Positions 1 through 7,604 of a stretch of DNA of 64,000 nucleotides are shown here, one piece after another (within the stretch, counting starts at the first letter, position 1; the number at the start of each line of letters is the position of its first letter). Source of the stretch: Barnesiella intestinihominis (lineage in GTDB: Bacteria; Bacillota; Clostridia; Oscillospirales; Oscillospiraceae); the NCBI GenBank assembly GCA_963650135.1, contig CAVJLG010000058.1:436-64435 (forward strand), in the 5' to 3' direction. Position numbers and translations under genes: made by a program. The notes beneath the pieces are model-generated. The model ran no database searches. It worked only from the letters and a program-made list of their open reading frames with translations, and was not told the origin of the DNA.

Positions 1-548
1 GTGTCCGCCGTCTCAGCCACCACATGGATGGGGCGAATATCCGACAGGGACCGAATGCCCTCCAGAATATACGCCGCTCTGCCCAACGCCTGCTTGCTGG
101 CATGGGGCGTGGCATAGCTGACCTTGGTAAACGCGCCGAATGCCGCCACATAGGTAAAGTAACGGTCATTAAAGCCGCCCATATCCACCGGGAACACTTC
201 GCCCTCTACAATGTTCTGGGCCGCCTCCTTGATGGTTTTGGGAATGTGCAGCGACGTTGCAAAGTCGTTGACCGTGCCCGCAGGGATATAGCCCAGCACC
301 GGGCGGCGATTCAGGGTCATCAGTCCGGAAACTGTCTCGTTGAGGGTGCCGTCTCCGCCGCAGGTGACTACCATATCAAATTCCTCGCCCCGGGCCTCCA
401 AAAACTCCGGAATATCCAAGGGCTTCTGGGTGGGATGACACAATACGTCATAGCCGTTTGCAGTAAAATAGTCGATCACGTCCATGAGCTGGAAGCGCAT
501 CTCCTCCTTACCGGCTGCGGGATTCACAAAAAACAGCATTTTCTTCAT
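1..548 (-). CDS. dagK: Diacylglycerol kinase-family lipid kinase (N-terminal part; gene runs off the left edge)
   Basis: Absent from the ORF track because the window edge truncates it. My reverse-strand translation from the ATG at 548-546 reads MKKMLFFVNPAAGKEEMRFQ...DMVVTCGGDGTLNETVSGL...GYIPAGTVNDFATSL, which carries the GGDGT DAGK catalytic-domain signature. GGAGG lies about 10 nt upstream. The + ORF 24-857 is its antisense shadow. Confidence 0.85.
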   Translation of the reverse strand, partial: MKKMLFFVNPAAGKEEMRFQLMDVIDYFTANGYDVLCHPTQKPLDIPEFLEARGEEFDMVVTCGGDGTLNETVSGLMTLNRRPVLGYIPAGTVNDFATSLHIPKTIKEAAQNIVEGEVFPVDMGGFNDRYFTYVAAFGAFTKVSYATPHASKQALGRAAYILEGIRSLSDIRPIHVVAETAD

Positions 549-624
549 AATTTTGATTCCTCCATAGGAAATAGTGGTTTCAGAAAGATCGCGCAATCAT
601 CAAGTGCAATTACGCGGCGGTGCC

Positions 625-1923
625 TTAGTTCAGGGGCGGTGAAAGGGCAAATCTGGTCAGCTTACAGTCCGTCTCCTCCAGCAGCTCCGAAAAGCGCTGA
701 GAAAGGGCCTGGGTCCGCAGGTCCTCGGTCACCTGATCCTTCCACTGGTAGTTGTCCCGGTAGCCCAGGAAGAAAATCAGGTGGACCCCATAGTCAGAGG
801 ATGCAATGCCGATGTCTCCGTAGCTGTGTCCCTCCGGCTCGAAGCACCAGGCGCTGAAATCTTCCCCCAGCTGCCCCGGTGCAATATTGGTCAGTAGGCC
901 CCCTACATCCCGGCTTCCGCTGTCGGCAGATTGGCGCTGGGCCAGCTCCATAAACGACTGTTCACTGCCACCCTGCTGCAAAAGCCATTGGCGATCCGCT
1001 TCTGCCCGGGCCCACACTGCCGTGCTGTCCTCCCCATCTCCCGGCAAATAGAGCACTTGCCGAATGTCTACATTGGGAAGCTGCGACTGCGGCAGCGCCT
1101 CATAGTCCGCGCCATGTGCCTGATAGTATTCCTCCAGCTGTGCATCCGAAAAATTTCCGGCCCGATAGAGGGCATCGGAATAGGCTTGGGCCATAAACGT
1201 ATCCCGCAGATACTGCCGATAGGTTTCCACGGTCACTGCAGTACCATAGCGTGCCTGGAGATAGGCCGCCATATCACCGGTACCGTCCTTCTGCACATAG
1301 CCCGATGCCGCCGCCATATCCGGGAGCTGCTCCAGCGTTGATTCAAAGGCGCTGATTTTCTCCGGCTCCGGCTGGAAGCCTGCACGCCTGGCACGGGACA
1401 CCAGGCTCTCCGTCAGCGCCGCATCCTCCAGCGCCTGCTGACGGAAATAATCCGCCCAGCTGTAGTCCTCCTCCAGGCTGATATACTGCCGCTCCAGATT
1501 TCCCGACGGGTCAAAGGGCGCCTGGGCATTTTGCTGGGCATATTGACTGTTCGTCTCGGCCACTGCGCTGTAATAGTAGATGGCGAAGGTGCGGTTGTCC
1601 ATAGAAATGCCATCACTCCCCCGCATGGCCACGGCGTCCGGGTCATACTGCCCGCACCCCGCCCAAACCAGCGTCAGCGTCGCCACCAGCAGCGCCAGAG
1701 ACAAGAAAAGCCCCCGCCGCTCCCCGGAGGTAAACCGAGGCTGTCGGGGCAACTGGCGCTCCTGCTCTGCCTCTTCCTGGGATGCCGCCAGATTCTCATA
1801 AAAAATACCGGGCAGCGATTTCGCAGGTTCCGGCGCATCCTGCGCCAGCCAATCCGCTTCTCCGCCGCAGTTGGGGCAATGTCCCGCCTGGTCTAACTCC
1901 TCGCCGCACAGAGGACAATTCAT
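625..1923 (-). CDS. Membrane-anchored parvulin (PpiC)-type peptidyl-prolyl isomerase, PrsA/SurA-like, with N-terminal zinc ribbon
   Basis: The N-terminus has CPLCG...CPNCG (a 4-Cys ribbon). One TM helix follows (GLFLSLALLVATLTLVWAG). The C-terminus has a parvulin-like block: VGGLLTNIAPGQLGEDF...SSDYGVHLIFFLGY. Confidence 0.7.
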   Translation of the reverse strand: MNCPLCGEELDQAGHCPNCGGEADWLAQDAPEPAKSLPGIFYENLAASQEEAEQERQLPRQPRFTSGERRGLFLSLALLVATLTLVWAGCGQYDPDAVAMRGSDGISMDNRTFAIYYYSAVAETNSQYAQQNAQAPFDPSGNLERQYISLEEDYSWADYFRQQALEDAALTESLVSRARRAGFQPEPEKISAFESTLEQLPDMAAASGYVQKDGTGDMAAYLQARYGTAVTVETYRQYLRDTFMAQAYSDALYRAGNFSDAQLEEYYQAHGADYEALPQSQLPNVDIRQVLYLPGDGEDSTAVWARAEADRQWLLQQGGSEQSFMELAQRQSADSGSRDVGGLLTNIAPGQLGEDFSAWCFEPEGHSYGDIGIASSDYGVHLIFFLGYRDNYQWKDQVTEDLRTQALSQRFSELLEETDCKLTRFALSPPLN

Positions 1924-2071
1924 ATTGCTTCAGCTCCCAGGTTCAAAGAATAGCTCCAGTTTACCACAGCCGGGGGAAAAATGCAATGAAACCTGCGAAA
2001 ATCCCCTGTGTACGAACCCGCGCCTTTGTGGTATAATAGCTTCACTACATATGATTTTGGAGGGACCCCCT

Positions 2072-2392
2072 ATGACCCAAGAGATTCAGCTGAAAAACGG
2101 CTCTGTGCTGGTATCCATCAACGGCTACAGCGGCGAAAGCGACTTTTATGCCATGTACGATATTATCAAGGAACTCCTTGCCCCCGAGCAGGCCACCTAC
2201 GGTGTGGACAGTATGTGTGTGGACGGCTCGTTCCAAAAGGACGGCATTCTGGTTCGAATGAGCAGCGAATGTGTCACCGACGACTGCTGCTTCCACTACG
2301 ACCCCACTGCGCTTTCCCCTGAGGAAGTGGAAAAGGTCGAGGGCTGGATTACCGATATTGTCACTGAGCTCCATAAGCGTTTGCCCCGATAA
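2072..2392 (+). CDS. Hypothetical small protein (106 aa)
   Basis: Track ORF 1871-2392 trimmed to the ATG at 2072, which is preceded by GGAGGG (2058-2063). A strong terminator follows. No family recognised. Confidence 0.5.
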   Translation: MTQEIQLKNGSVLVSINGYSGESDFYAMYDIIKELLAPEQATYGVDSMCVDGSFQKDGILVRMSSECVTDDCCFHYDPTALSPEEVEKVEGWITDIVTELHKRLPR

Positions 2393-2400
2393 CAGCAGCG

Positions 2401-2434
2401 GCTCCTGCGATTTGTATTCGCAGGGGCTTTTTTT
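2401..2434 (+). terminator. Rho-independent terminator
   Basis: 10-bp stem gctcctgcga / tcgcaggggc, a 7-nt loop, then T7. Confidence 0.75.
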
Positions 2435-2469
2435 GCGCAGAATTGCTTCTTCTCAAATAGTTATTACAA

Positions 2470-2497
2470 AATTATTAAGTAATTATTGTGAATTATT
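2470..2497 (+). repeat. Three helically phased direct repeats AATTATT (starts 2470, 2481, 2491)
   Basis: Sequence aAATTATTaagtAATTATTgtgAATTATTcc with 11- and 10-nt spacing, immediately upstream of the predicted -35 of the SBP gene. Confidence 0.5.
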
Positions 2498-2502
2498 CCA
2501 GA

Positions 2503-2531
2503 TAGACAAACCAAATGGAAGATTTTATAAT
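2503..2531 (+). promoter_or_regulatory. Predicted sigma-A promoter of the solute-binding protein gene
   Basis: TAGACA (2503-2508), 17-nt spacer, TATAAT (2526-2531). Confidence 0.5.
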
Positions 2532-2579
2532 ATTTCTATCCAAAACTGATTTGGTTTTCCCGAGAAAGGAGAATGAAAC

Positions 2580-4382
2580 ATGCGAAAATCCATCCTTGCC
2601 ATCGTGCTTGCCGCCGCCATGTTGGCCTCTATGCTGGTGGGCTGCGGAAACAACGCCGCATCCTCTGCCGCCCCGGCTGCTTCCTCCGCTGCGGAAGAAA
2701 GTACCCCCTCCCAGGCTCCGGCCCCTGCCCCCGAGGACAGCACCCCTGCCGCTGAGCCCGAAGCCTCTGCCGCAGAAGAAAGCGTGGTAGAAGAAGCCCC
2801 CGTAGAGTACGCCACCATGGCTGAAAAATACGCCGCCATGAGCCACGACACCAACGAGGCCTACAAAGAGCTGGAGGATGGCGTTGGCACCGAAATCTCC
2901 TATCCCCTGGCCGACGGCGACACACTGACCATGTGGCGCGTGTTCTCCGCCTTTATCTGGAGCGGCCTGATGGAGTCCTATGCCGACATGCCCACCCTGC
3001 CCATCATTGAAGAGGCAACGGGCGTCAACATGAAGTTCATCGAGTGCTCTGATTCCGCCGCCTATGAGCAGTTCAACCTGACCATTGCCACCGGCGACTA
3101 TCCCGACCTGATGGCCATGGACTATTATTCCGGCGGCGTTACCGCTGCCTATGAGGATGATATCATCATCGACCTCACCGACCTGGTGGATGAGAACATG
3201 CCCAACTACAAGACCCTCATCGACACCATGGACGACTACACCAAAAAGAGCATCTACACCGACGACAACCGAATTCTGCGCATCTGGACGCTGGCCTCCA
3301 ATGTGGTATCCGAGCAGGGCCTGAGCTACCGCGCCGACTGGGCCCAGGAGTTCGGCATGGACGCACCGGTGACTGTAGACGACATGTTCGACTATCTCAC
3401 CGCTGTAAAGAACCAATATAACTGCACCTATCCCATCTTCATCGACAACTCCGCCACCCTGGAGGGCTTCACCGGCGCATTCGGCACCACCGGCATCAAC
3501 CTGGGCTGGACCGATCTTGGCATGATGATGGACGGCGATACCGTAGTTTCCTCTCTCACCGACGAGCATTTCCGGAACTACATTGAGGGCTTCCATAAGT
3601 TCTATGCCGCGGGCCTGATTAAGGACGATTTCTACTCCGAATCCTATGGCCCCGACTATATCAACAGCTATGTTTCCAACGACCAGTGCGCCGTTACCTC
3701 CATCCGCGGCGATAAGTTCACCACCATGACCGACGCCGCCATCTCCCCCACCTTCGACTTCGAGGCCATGGCGCCTCTGGTGGAAAACGAGGGCGACACC
3801 TATAAGTTCTGCATGAAAACCAGCCATACCGGCAACGGCAACATGTCCATCACCACCGGGTGTGAGAACCCCGAAATGGCTGCAAAGTTTATGAACTGGT
3901 TCTACACCTATGACGGCTATATGGTCACCAACTATGGCGAAGAGGGCGTTTGCTTCGAGTATGACGAAAACGGCGATCCCGTCTACACTGACTTCATTGT
4001 TCATAACCCCGACGGCTACAACGTGATGAACCTGCGGAACATGTACACCAATCCCGTGTTCAACAACTACACCAATGCCACCGCCGTCTTCTACACCTAT
4101 GACGAGGTGGAGCTCTCCGCCTTCGATATCTGGAACAACAACGGCACCGACGAATGCTCGCTGCCCACCCTGTCCCTGACCACCGATGAAAACGCGGAAT
4201 ACGCCAACATTGCCACCACCGTCTATACCTTTGCCACCGAGCAAATTCTCAAGTGGATGATCGGCGAGGCAGAGCTTACCGACGAGAGCTGGGATAGCTA
4301 TGTGCAGCAATGCGAATCTATGAATCTTTCCCGCTGCGTAGAGATCTACCAGGCCGTTTATGACCGGATGTACAAAGCATAG
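2580..4382 (+). CDS. ABC transporter extracellular solute-binding lipoprotein (large family-1 / carbohydrate type), orphan
   Basis: Signal peptide with lipobox MRKSILAIVLAAAMLASMLVGC. An Ala/Ser/Pro/Glu linker follows, then a domain of about 520 aa typical of large sugar SBPs. GGAG RBS present. Confidence 0.8.
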   Translation: MRKSILAIVLAAAMLASMLVGCGNNAASSAAPAASSAAEESTPSQAPAPAPEDSTPAAEPEASAAEESVVEEAPVEYATMAEKYAAMSHDTNEAYKELEDGVGTEISYPLADGDTLTMWRVFSAFIWSGLMESYADMPTLPIIEEATGVNMKFIECSDSAAYEQFNLTIATGDYPDLMAMDYYSGGVTAAYEDDIIIDLTDLVDENMPNYKTLIDTMDDYTKKSIYTDDNRILRIWTLASNVVSEQGLSYRADWAQEFGMDAPVTVDDMFDYLTAVKNQYNCTYPIFIDNSATLEGFTGAFGTTGINLGWTDLGMMMDGDTVVSSLTDEHFRNYIEGFHKFYAAGLIKDDFYSESYGPDYINSYVSNDQCAVTSIRGDKFTTMTDAAISPTFDFEAMAPLVENEGDTYKFCMKTSHTGNGNMSITTGCENPEMAAKFMNWFYTYDGYMVTNYGEEGVCFEYDENGDPVYTDFIVHNPDGYNVMNLRNMYTNPVFNNYTNATAVFYTYDEVELSAFDIWNNNGTDECSLPTLSLTTDENAEYANIATTVYTFATEQILKWMIGEAELTDESWDSYVQQCESMNLSRCVEIYQAVYDRMYKA

Positions 4383-4395
4383 ATTTCCTACCATC

Positions 4396-4428
4396 AGGAG
4401 GGCGGGCTTATCCCGTCCTCCTTTTTTC
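4396..4428 (+). terminator. Rho-independent terminator
   Basis: 11-bp stem aggagggcggg / cccgtcctcct, a 5-nt loop, then T6. Confidence 0.8.
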
Positions 4429-4469
4429 AATCTGCCGAAATGGATTCGTGACAAATCGCCGAAAAAGGA

Positions 4470-4497
4470 TTGCATTTCGTCTATTTTGTGCTACAAT
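4470..4497 (+). promoter_or_regulatory. Predicted promoter of the BKACE gene
   Basis: TTGCAT (4470-4475), 16-nt spacer ending in TGc (extended -10), TACAAT (4492-4497). Confidence 0.5.
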
Positions 4498-4557
4498 AGA
4501 GGAAGAAAAAAGCGTGCTCTTCGGAGGACGCTGAAGTTAAGAAAGGATTGATTTTCC

Positions 4558-5571
4558 ATGGCAAAGACCATCATTACCGCCGCTCTGACCGGCGCTGTAA
4601 CTCCCGCTGGTTATGACATCCCCGAGACTCCCGCTCAGATCGCCGAGTGCGCTTATGAGTGCTGGAAGGCTGGTGCTTCTGTTGTTCACCTGCATATGCG
4701 TGACGACGCTGGCGCTGGCGTTATGGATCCCGTAAAGTTCTACGAGACCATCAAGCTGATCCGTGCTCACAAGGACTGCGACGTTATCGTTAACTGCACC
4801 TCTTCCGGTGACAACCGTGTTTCCGATGACTCCCCCTACGGCAACGCTATGCGTATGCTGCACCACAAGAACGTCCCCGGCATTGAGATGGGCACCTTTG
4901 ATGCTTCCTCCTTCAACTGGGGCATCCCCGGCGGCGTTTTCCACAACTCCCCCAACATGCTGTCCACCCTGGGTACCCTGTACCTGGAGAAGGGCATTAA
5001 GCCCGAGTTCGAGATCTTCGACTTCGGCGCTCTGCGTGCTGTCGGCATCTATTGGAAGAAGGGCTTCGTAGCTGCTCCTCTGCACTTCCAGTTCTGCCTG
5101 GGCGTAGTTGGCGGCATGGACGCTACTCCCCACGATCTGCAGATCCTGCTCGACGAGATGCACAACCTGCAGGCTGCTGGCAAGCTGCCCGCTGAGTGCA
5201 CTTGGTCCGGCTTCGGCATCGGCAAGGGTCATCTGCCTGTTATGTTCTCCTGCATCGCTAACGGCGGCCATGTCCGTGTAGGCATGGAGGATAACGTTGT
5301 TTACGGCAAGGACAAGGACGGCAAGAAGATCCTGGCTACCAACCTGATGCTGGTTCAGCGCGCTGCTCGTGCCATCGAGGCATTCGGCAACGAGGTTGCT
5401 ACCCCCGCTGAGGCTCGTGAGATGCTCGGCCTGAAGCCCCTGGATCATGAGGCTGTTTGCGCTGCGCTCGACGCTGTTAAGGTTGAGGATCTGGAAGCTG
5501 CTAAGCAGGCTGTTGCTGACGAGTTCGGCGGCCCCTACTTCGCTGCTACTTCCATGGGCGGCAAGAAGTAA
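4558..5571 (+). CDS. Beta-keto acid cleavage enzyme family protein (BKACE / DUF849, 3-keto-5-aminohexanoate cleavage enzyme-like)
   Basis: N-terminus MAKTIITAALTGAVTPAGYDIPETPAQIAECAYECWKAGASVVHLHMRDD is the family hallmark. At 337 aa it is longer than the usual length of about 270-310 aa. Confidence 0.8.
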   Translation: MAKTIITAALTGAVTPAGYDIPETPAQIAECAYECWKAGASVVHLHMRDDAGAGVMDPVKFYETIKLIRAHKDCDVIVNCTSSGDNRVSDDSPYGNAMRMLHHKNVPGIEMGTFDASSFNWGIPGGVFHNSPNMLSTLGTLYLEKGIKPEFEIFDFGALRAVGIYWKKGFVAAPLHFQFCLGVVGGMDATPHDLQILLDEMHNLQAAGKLPAECTWSGFGIGKGHLPVMFSCIANGGHVRVGMEDNVVYGKDKDGKKILATNLMLVQRAARAIEAFGNEVATPAEAREMLGLKPLDHEAVCAALDAVKVEDLEAAKQAVADEFGGPYFAATSMGGKK

Positions 5572-5588
5572 TTTACTTCTCATACATC

Positions 5589-5625
5589 AGTTCCGCAGTG
5601 GGAAACCACTGCGGAACTTTTTTCT
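5589..5625 (+). terminator. Rho-independent terminator
   Basis: 13-bp stem agttccgcagtgg / ccactgcggaact, GAAA loop, then a T-run. Confidence 0.8.
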
Positions 5626-5661
5626 TTGGGGCAATCCCATCGTTGATTGCCCCGAAACGTC

Positions 5662-5701
5662 AAAAACCGCTGGATTGCATGAATGCATTCCAGCGGTTTT
5701 T
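5662..5701. terminator. Bidirectional terminator hairpin (serves the XRE gene on the minus strand)
   Basis: Stem ccgctggattgcat / atgcattccagcgg, flanked by A5 on the left and T5 on the right. Confidence 0.7.
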
Positions 5702-5705
5702 ATTG

Positions 5706-6035
5706 TCATTCTTCTGTTTTCTGTAGGTCATTGGAGCCAAACGCCTGCACAACCGTGAGCACGGCCTCCTTTTGCTGGGGCGTTAATGGCCGCCAGCCTT
5801 CGAACAGGGCTTTTAATTCCGGGGTCATCTCCACCATTTCGCCCTCCGCAAAGAATTGGGATAGGGTGATGCCAAAGCCGTGGCAGATGGTTTCCAGCGT
5901 GTAAATGGACGGCAATGCATTTCGCCGATAGATGTTGTGTATCGTTGATTCCGATAGTCCGCTCTCCTTAGCTAAACGATACTCCGTCCAGCCGCGTTCC
6001 TTCAATAATTCCCTTAAACGATCAAGTACATCCAC
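5706..6035 (-). CDS. XRE-family helix-turn-helix transcriptional regulator
   Basis: (GTG)DVLDRLRELLKERGWTEYRLAKESGLSESTIHNIYRRNALPSIYTLETICHGFGITLSQFF is a typical Cro/C1 HTH. Confidence 0.85.
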   Translation of the reverse strand: MDVLDRLRELLKERGWTEYRLAKESGLSESTIHNIYRRNALPSIYTLETICHGFGITLSQFFAEGEMVEMTPELKALFEGWRPLTPQQKEAVLTVVQAFGSNDLQKTEE

Positions 6036-6095
6036 AACATCACCACTTTCTTGTAATTATTTTACCTTCAAAGTGGAATGTTTTATACTTTGTAC

Positions 6096-6124
6096 TTGTC
6101 TGCAATCTCCATTTGTGCTATGAT
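6096..6124 (+). promoter_or_regulatory. Predicted promoter of the 6162 gene
   Basis: TTGTCT (6096-6101), 17-nt spacer ending in TGc, TATGAT (6119-6124). Confidence 0.45.
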
Positions 6125-6161
6125 GTAATTACAAATAAAGGACATTACGGAGGAAAATTAC

Positions 6162-6614
6162 ATGTTTGAAATCGAATCCGCCCGCATCACCGCCGCCGGG
6201 GTATCATTCCAACTCCCCACCGGTTTTCTCCTTCTGGAATCCCAAGAACCTCATGTCAACCCCACACTGGAGCTTCGCGCCCCGGATGGCAGCTACCTGA
6301 TCTCCATCAGCACGGACCGCAGCGCAAAGCCCTCCGGCGATGAGCTGCACAGTATTCTCTCCGAAGGCGGCTACCACGTTCTCTCTCCCATCACCCCCTA
6401 TTCGCAAAACGGACTTTCCGGTCATTCCGCCGCCTATCTCAGCGGTCGGCGGGGCTATTGGGAGCTGCGGATCGACCTCCCCAATTCCGCCCCCGGCTCC
6501 GCCGCCCCCAATACCCTGGTGATCCAGCTGTCCACCCATTGGGGGCGCAGTATTCTCAGCCTGATAGACGCCCTGCCCCTCCAGCTTCTCCTACAAAGTA
6601 TTCGGCCGCAATAA
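6162..6614 (+). CDS. Hypothetical protein (150 aa), divergent from the XRE regulator
   Basis: GGAGG RBS 8 nt upstream of the ATG, and coding-like composition. No family recognised. Confidence 0.5.
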   Translation: MFEIESARITAAGVSFQLPTGFLLLESQEPHVNPTLELRAPDGSYLISISTDRSAKPSGDELHSILSEGGYHVLSPITPYSQNGLSGHSAAYLSGRRGYWELRIDLPNSAPGSAAPNTLVIQLSTHWGRSILSLIDALPLQLLLQSIRPQ

Positions 6615-6615
6615 C

Positions 6616-6662
6616 GCAAAAATGGATGTACCGCTTATTCCGCAGTACATCCATTTTATTTT
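6616..6662. terminator. Bidirectional terminator between convergent genes
   Basis: 10-bp stem atggatgtac / gtacatccat (6622-6631 / 6645-6654), flanked by A5 and a T-rich run. Confidence 0.75.
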
Positions 6663-6671
6663 CCGCGAAGA

Positions 6672-7601
6672 TTACTTGCACTTCTCCAGCAGCTCTTCCC
6701 ATTTCCGGTCCACATACTCCTGGGCATTCTCCAGCATCCACTCGTTGCCCTTCTTGAAGCAGTGCTTGAACCGTCCCTGGAGCCGCATATAGTCCTCGAT
6801 GGGCTTCTTTTTCTTGGGCTCGTAGGTCAGCCGCCATTCGCCGTTTTCCACCTCGTACATGGGCCACAGGCAGGTATCCACCGCCAACTGACAGATGGTG
6901 GGCAGCAGCGCCGTGTCATACTGCCAACCTCTGGGACAGGGAGACAACACATTCAGGAAGCAGGGGCCCTGGGTGTAAATGGCCTTCTTCGCCTTCTCGT
7001 GGAGGTCCCGGAAGTTACCGATGAACGTGGACTGGGCCACATAGGGGATGCCATGGGCCACCATAATGGCAGTCAAATCCTTCTTGTCCTGCTGCTTGCC
7101 CTGAATTTCCGTGCCAACAGGGGCCGTGGTAGCGTCCGCAAAGCGCGGGGTGGAGGACGAACGCTGAATGCCGGTGTTCATATATGCCTCGTTGTCGTAG
7201 CAGACATACACCATGTCATGTCCGCGCTCCATGGCGCCAGACAGGGACTGGAAACCGATGTCATAGGTGCCGCCGTCGCCGCCAAAGGTGATGAATTTGA
7301 AGTTTTCCTGGACTTTTCCCTGCTTTTTCAGCGCCTTATAACATGCCTCCACGCCGGAGCAGGTGGCAGCGGCGTTCTCAAAGGCGGAATGTACATAGCT
7401 CTCGGTCCAGGAGGTGTAGGGATACATAAAGGAGGAAACCTCCAGGCAGCCGGTGGCGTTGGTAATCACCGCACGGTCACCGGGCTCCAGGGCGCGCATC
7501 ACGGCACGGCAGGTAATACCCGCACCGCAGCCTGCGCACAGCCGATGGCCGCCCACAAAACGTTCCGGTTTTTCAAGCTCTTTCTTAAACTGATATGCCA
7601 T
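6672..7601 (-). CDS. 2-oxoacid:ferredoxin oxidoreductase, beta (TPP-binding) subunit (PorB/VorB type)
   Basis: ERFVGGHRLCAGCGAGI...FGGDGGTYDIGFQSLSGAMERGHDMVYVCYDNEAYMNTGIQRS is the TPP/Fe-S motif block. Confidence 0.9.
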   Translation of the reverse strand: MAYQFKKELEKPERFVGGHRLCAGCGAGITCRAVMRALEPGDRAVITNATGCLEVSSFMYPYTSWTESYVHSAFENAAATCSGVEACYKALKKQGKVQENFKFITFGGDGGTYDIGFQSLSGAMERGHDMVYVCYDNEAYMNTGIQRSSSTPRFADATTAPVGTEIQGKQQDKKDLTAIMVAHGIPYVAQSTFIGNFRDLHEKAKKAIYTQGPCFLNVLSPCPRGWQYDTALLPTICQLAVDTCLWPMYEVENGEWRLTYEPKKKKPIEDYMRLQGRFKHCFKKGNEWMLENAQEYVDRKWEELLEKCK

Positions 7602-7604
7602 GAT

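Noticed and set aside
24-857. 277-aa + strand ORF at the window start
   Set aside because: It is the antisense shadow of dagK and of the 3' end of the PPIase gene. It has Arg/Gly/Ala-rich junk composition and no RBS. The minus-strand frames give clean family matches.
2478-2500. TTGTGAATTATTCC as a possible Rex operator (a rex gene is in the window)
   Set aside because: Only one half-site resembles TTGTGAA. The second half (TTCACAA) is missing. The string is better explained as part of the AATTATT direct-repeat series.
2493-4475. 660-aa minus-strand ORF
   Set aside because: Antisense to the solute-binding protein gene. It is a Gly/Val/His-rich low-complexity translation typical of GC-rich shadow ORFs.
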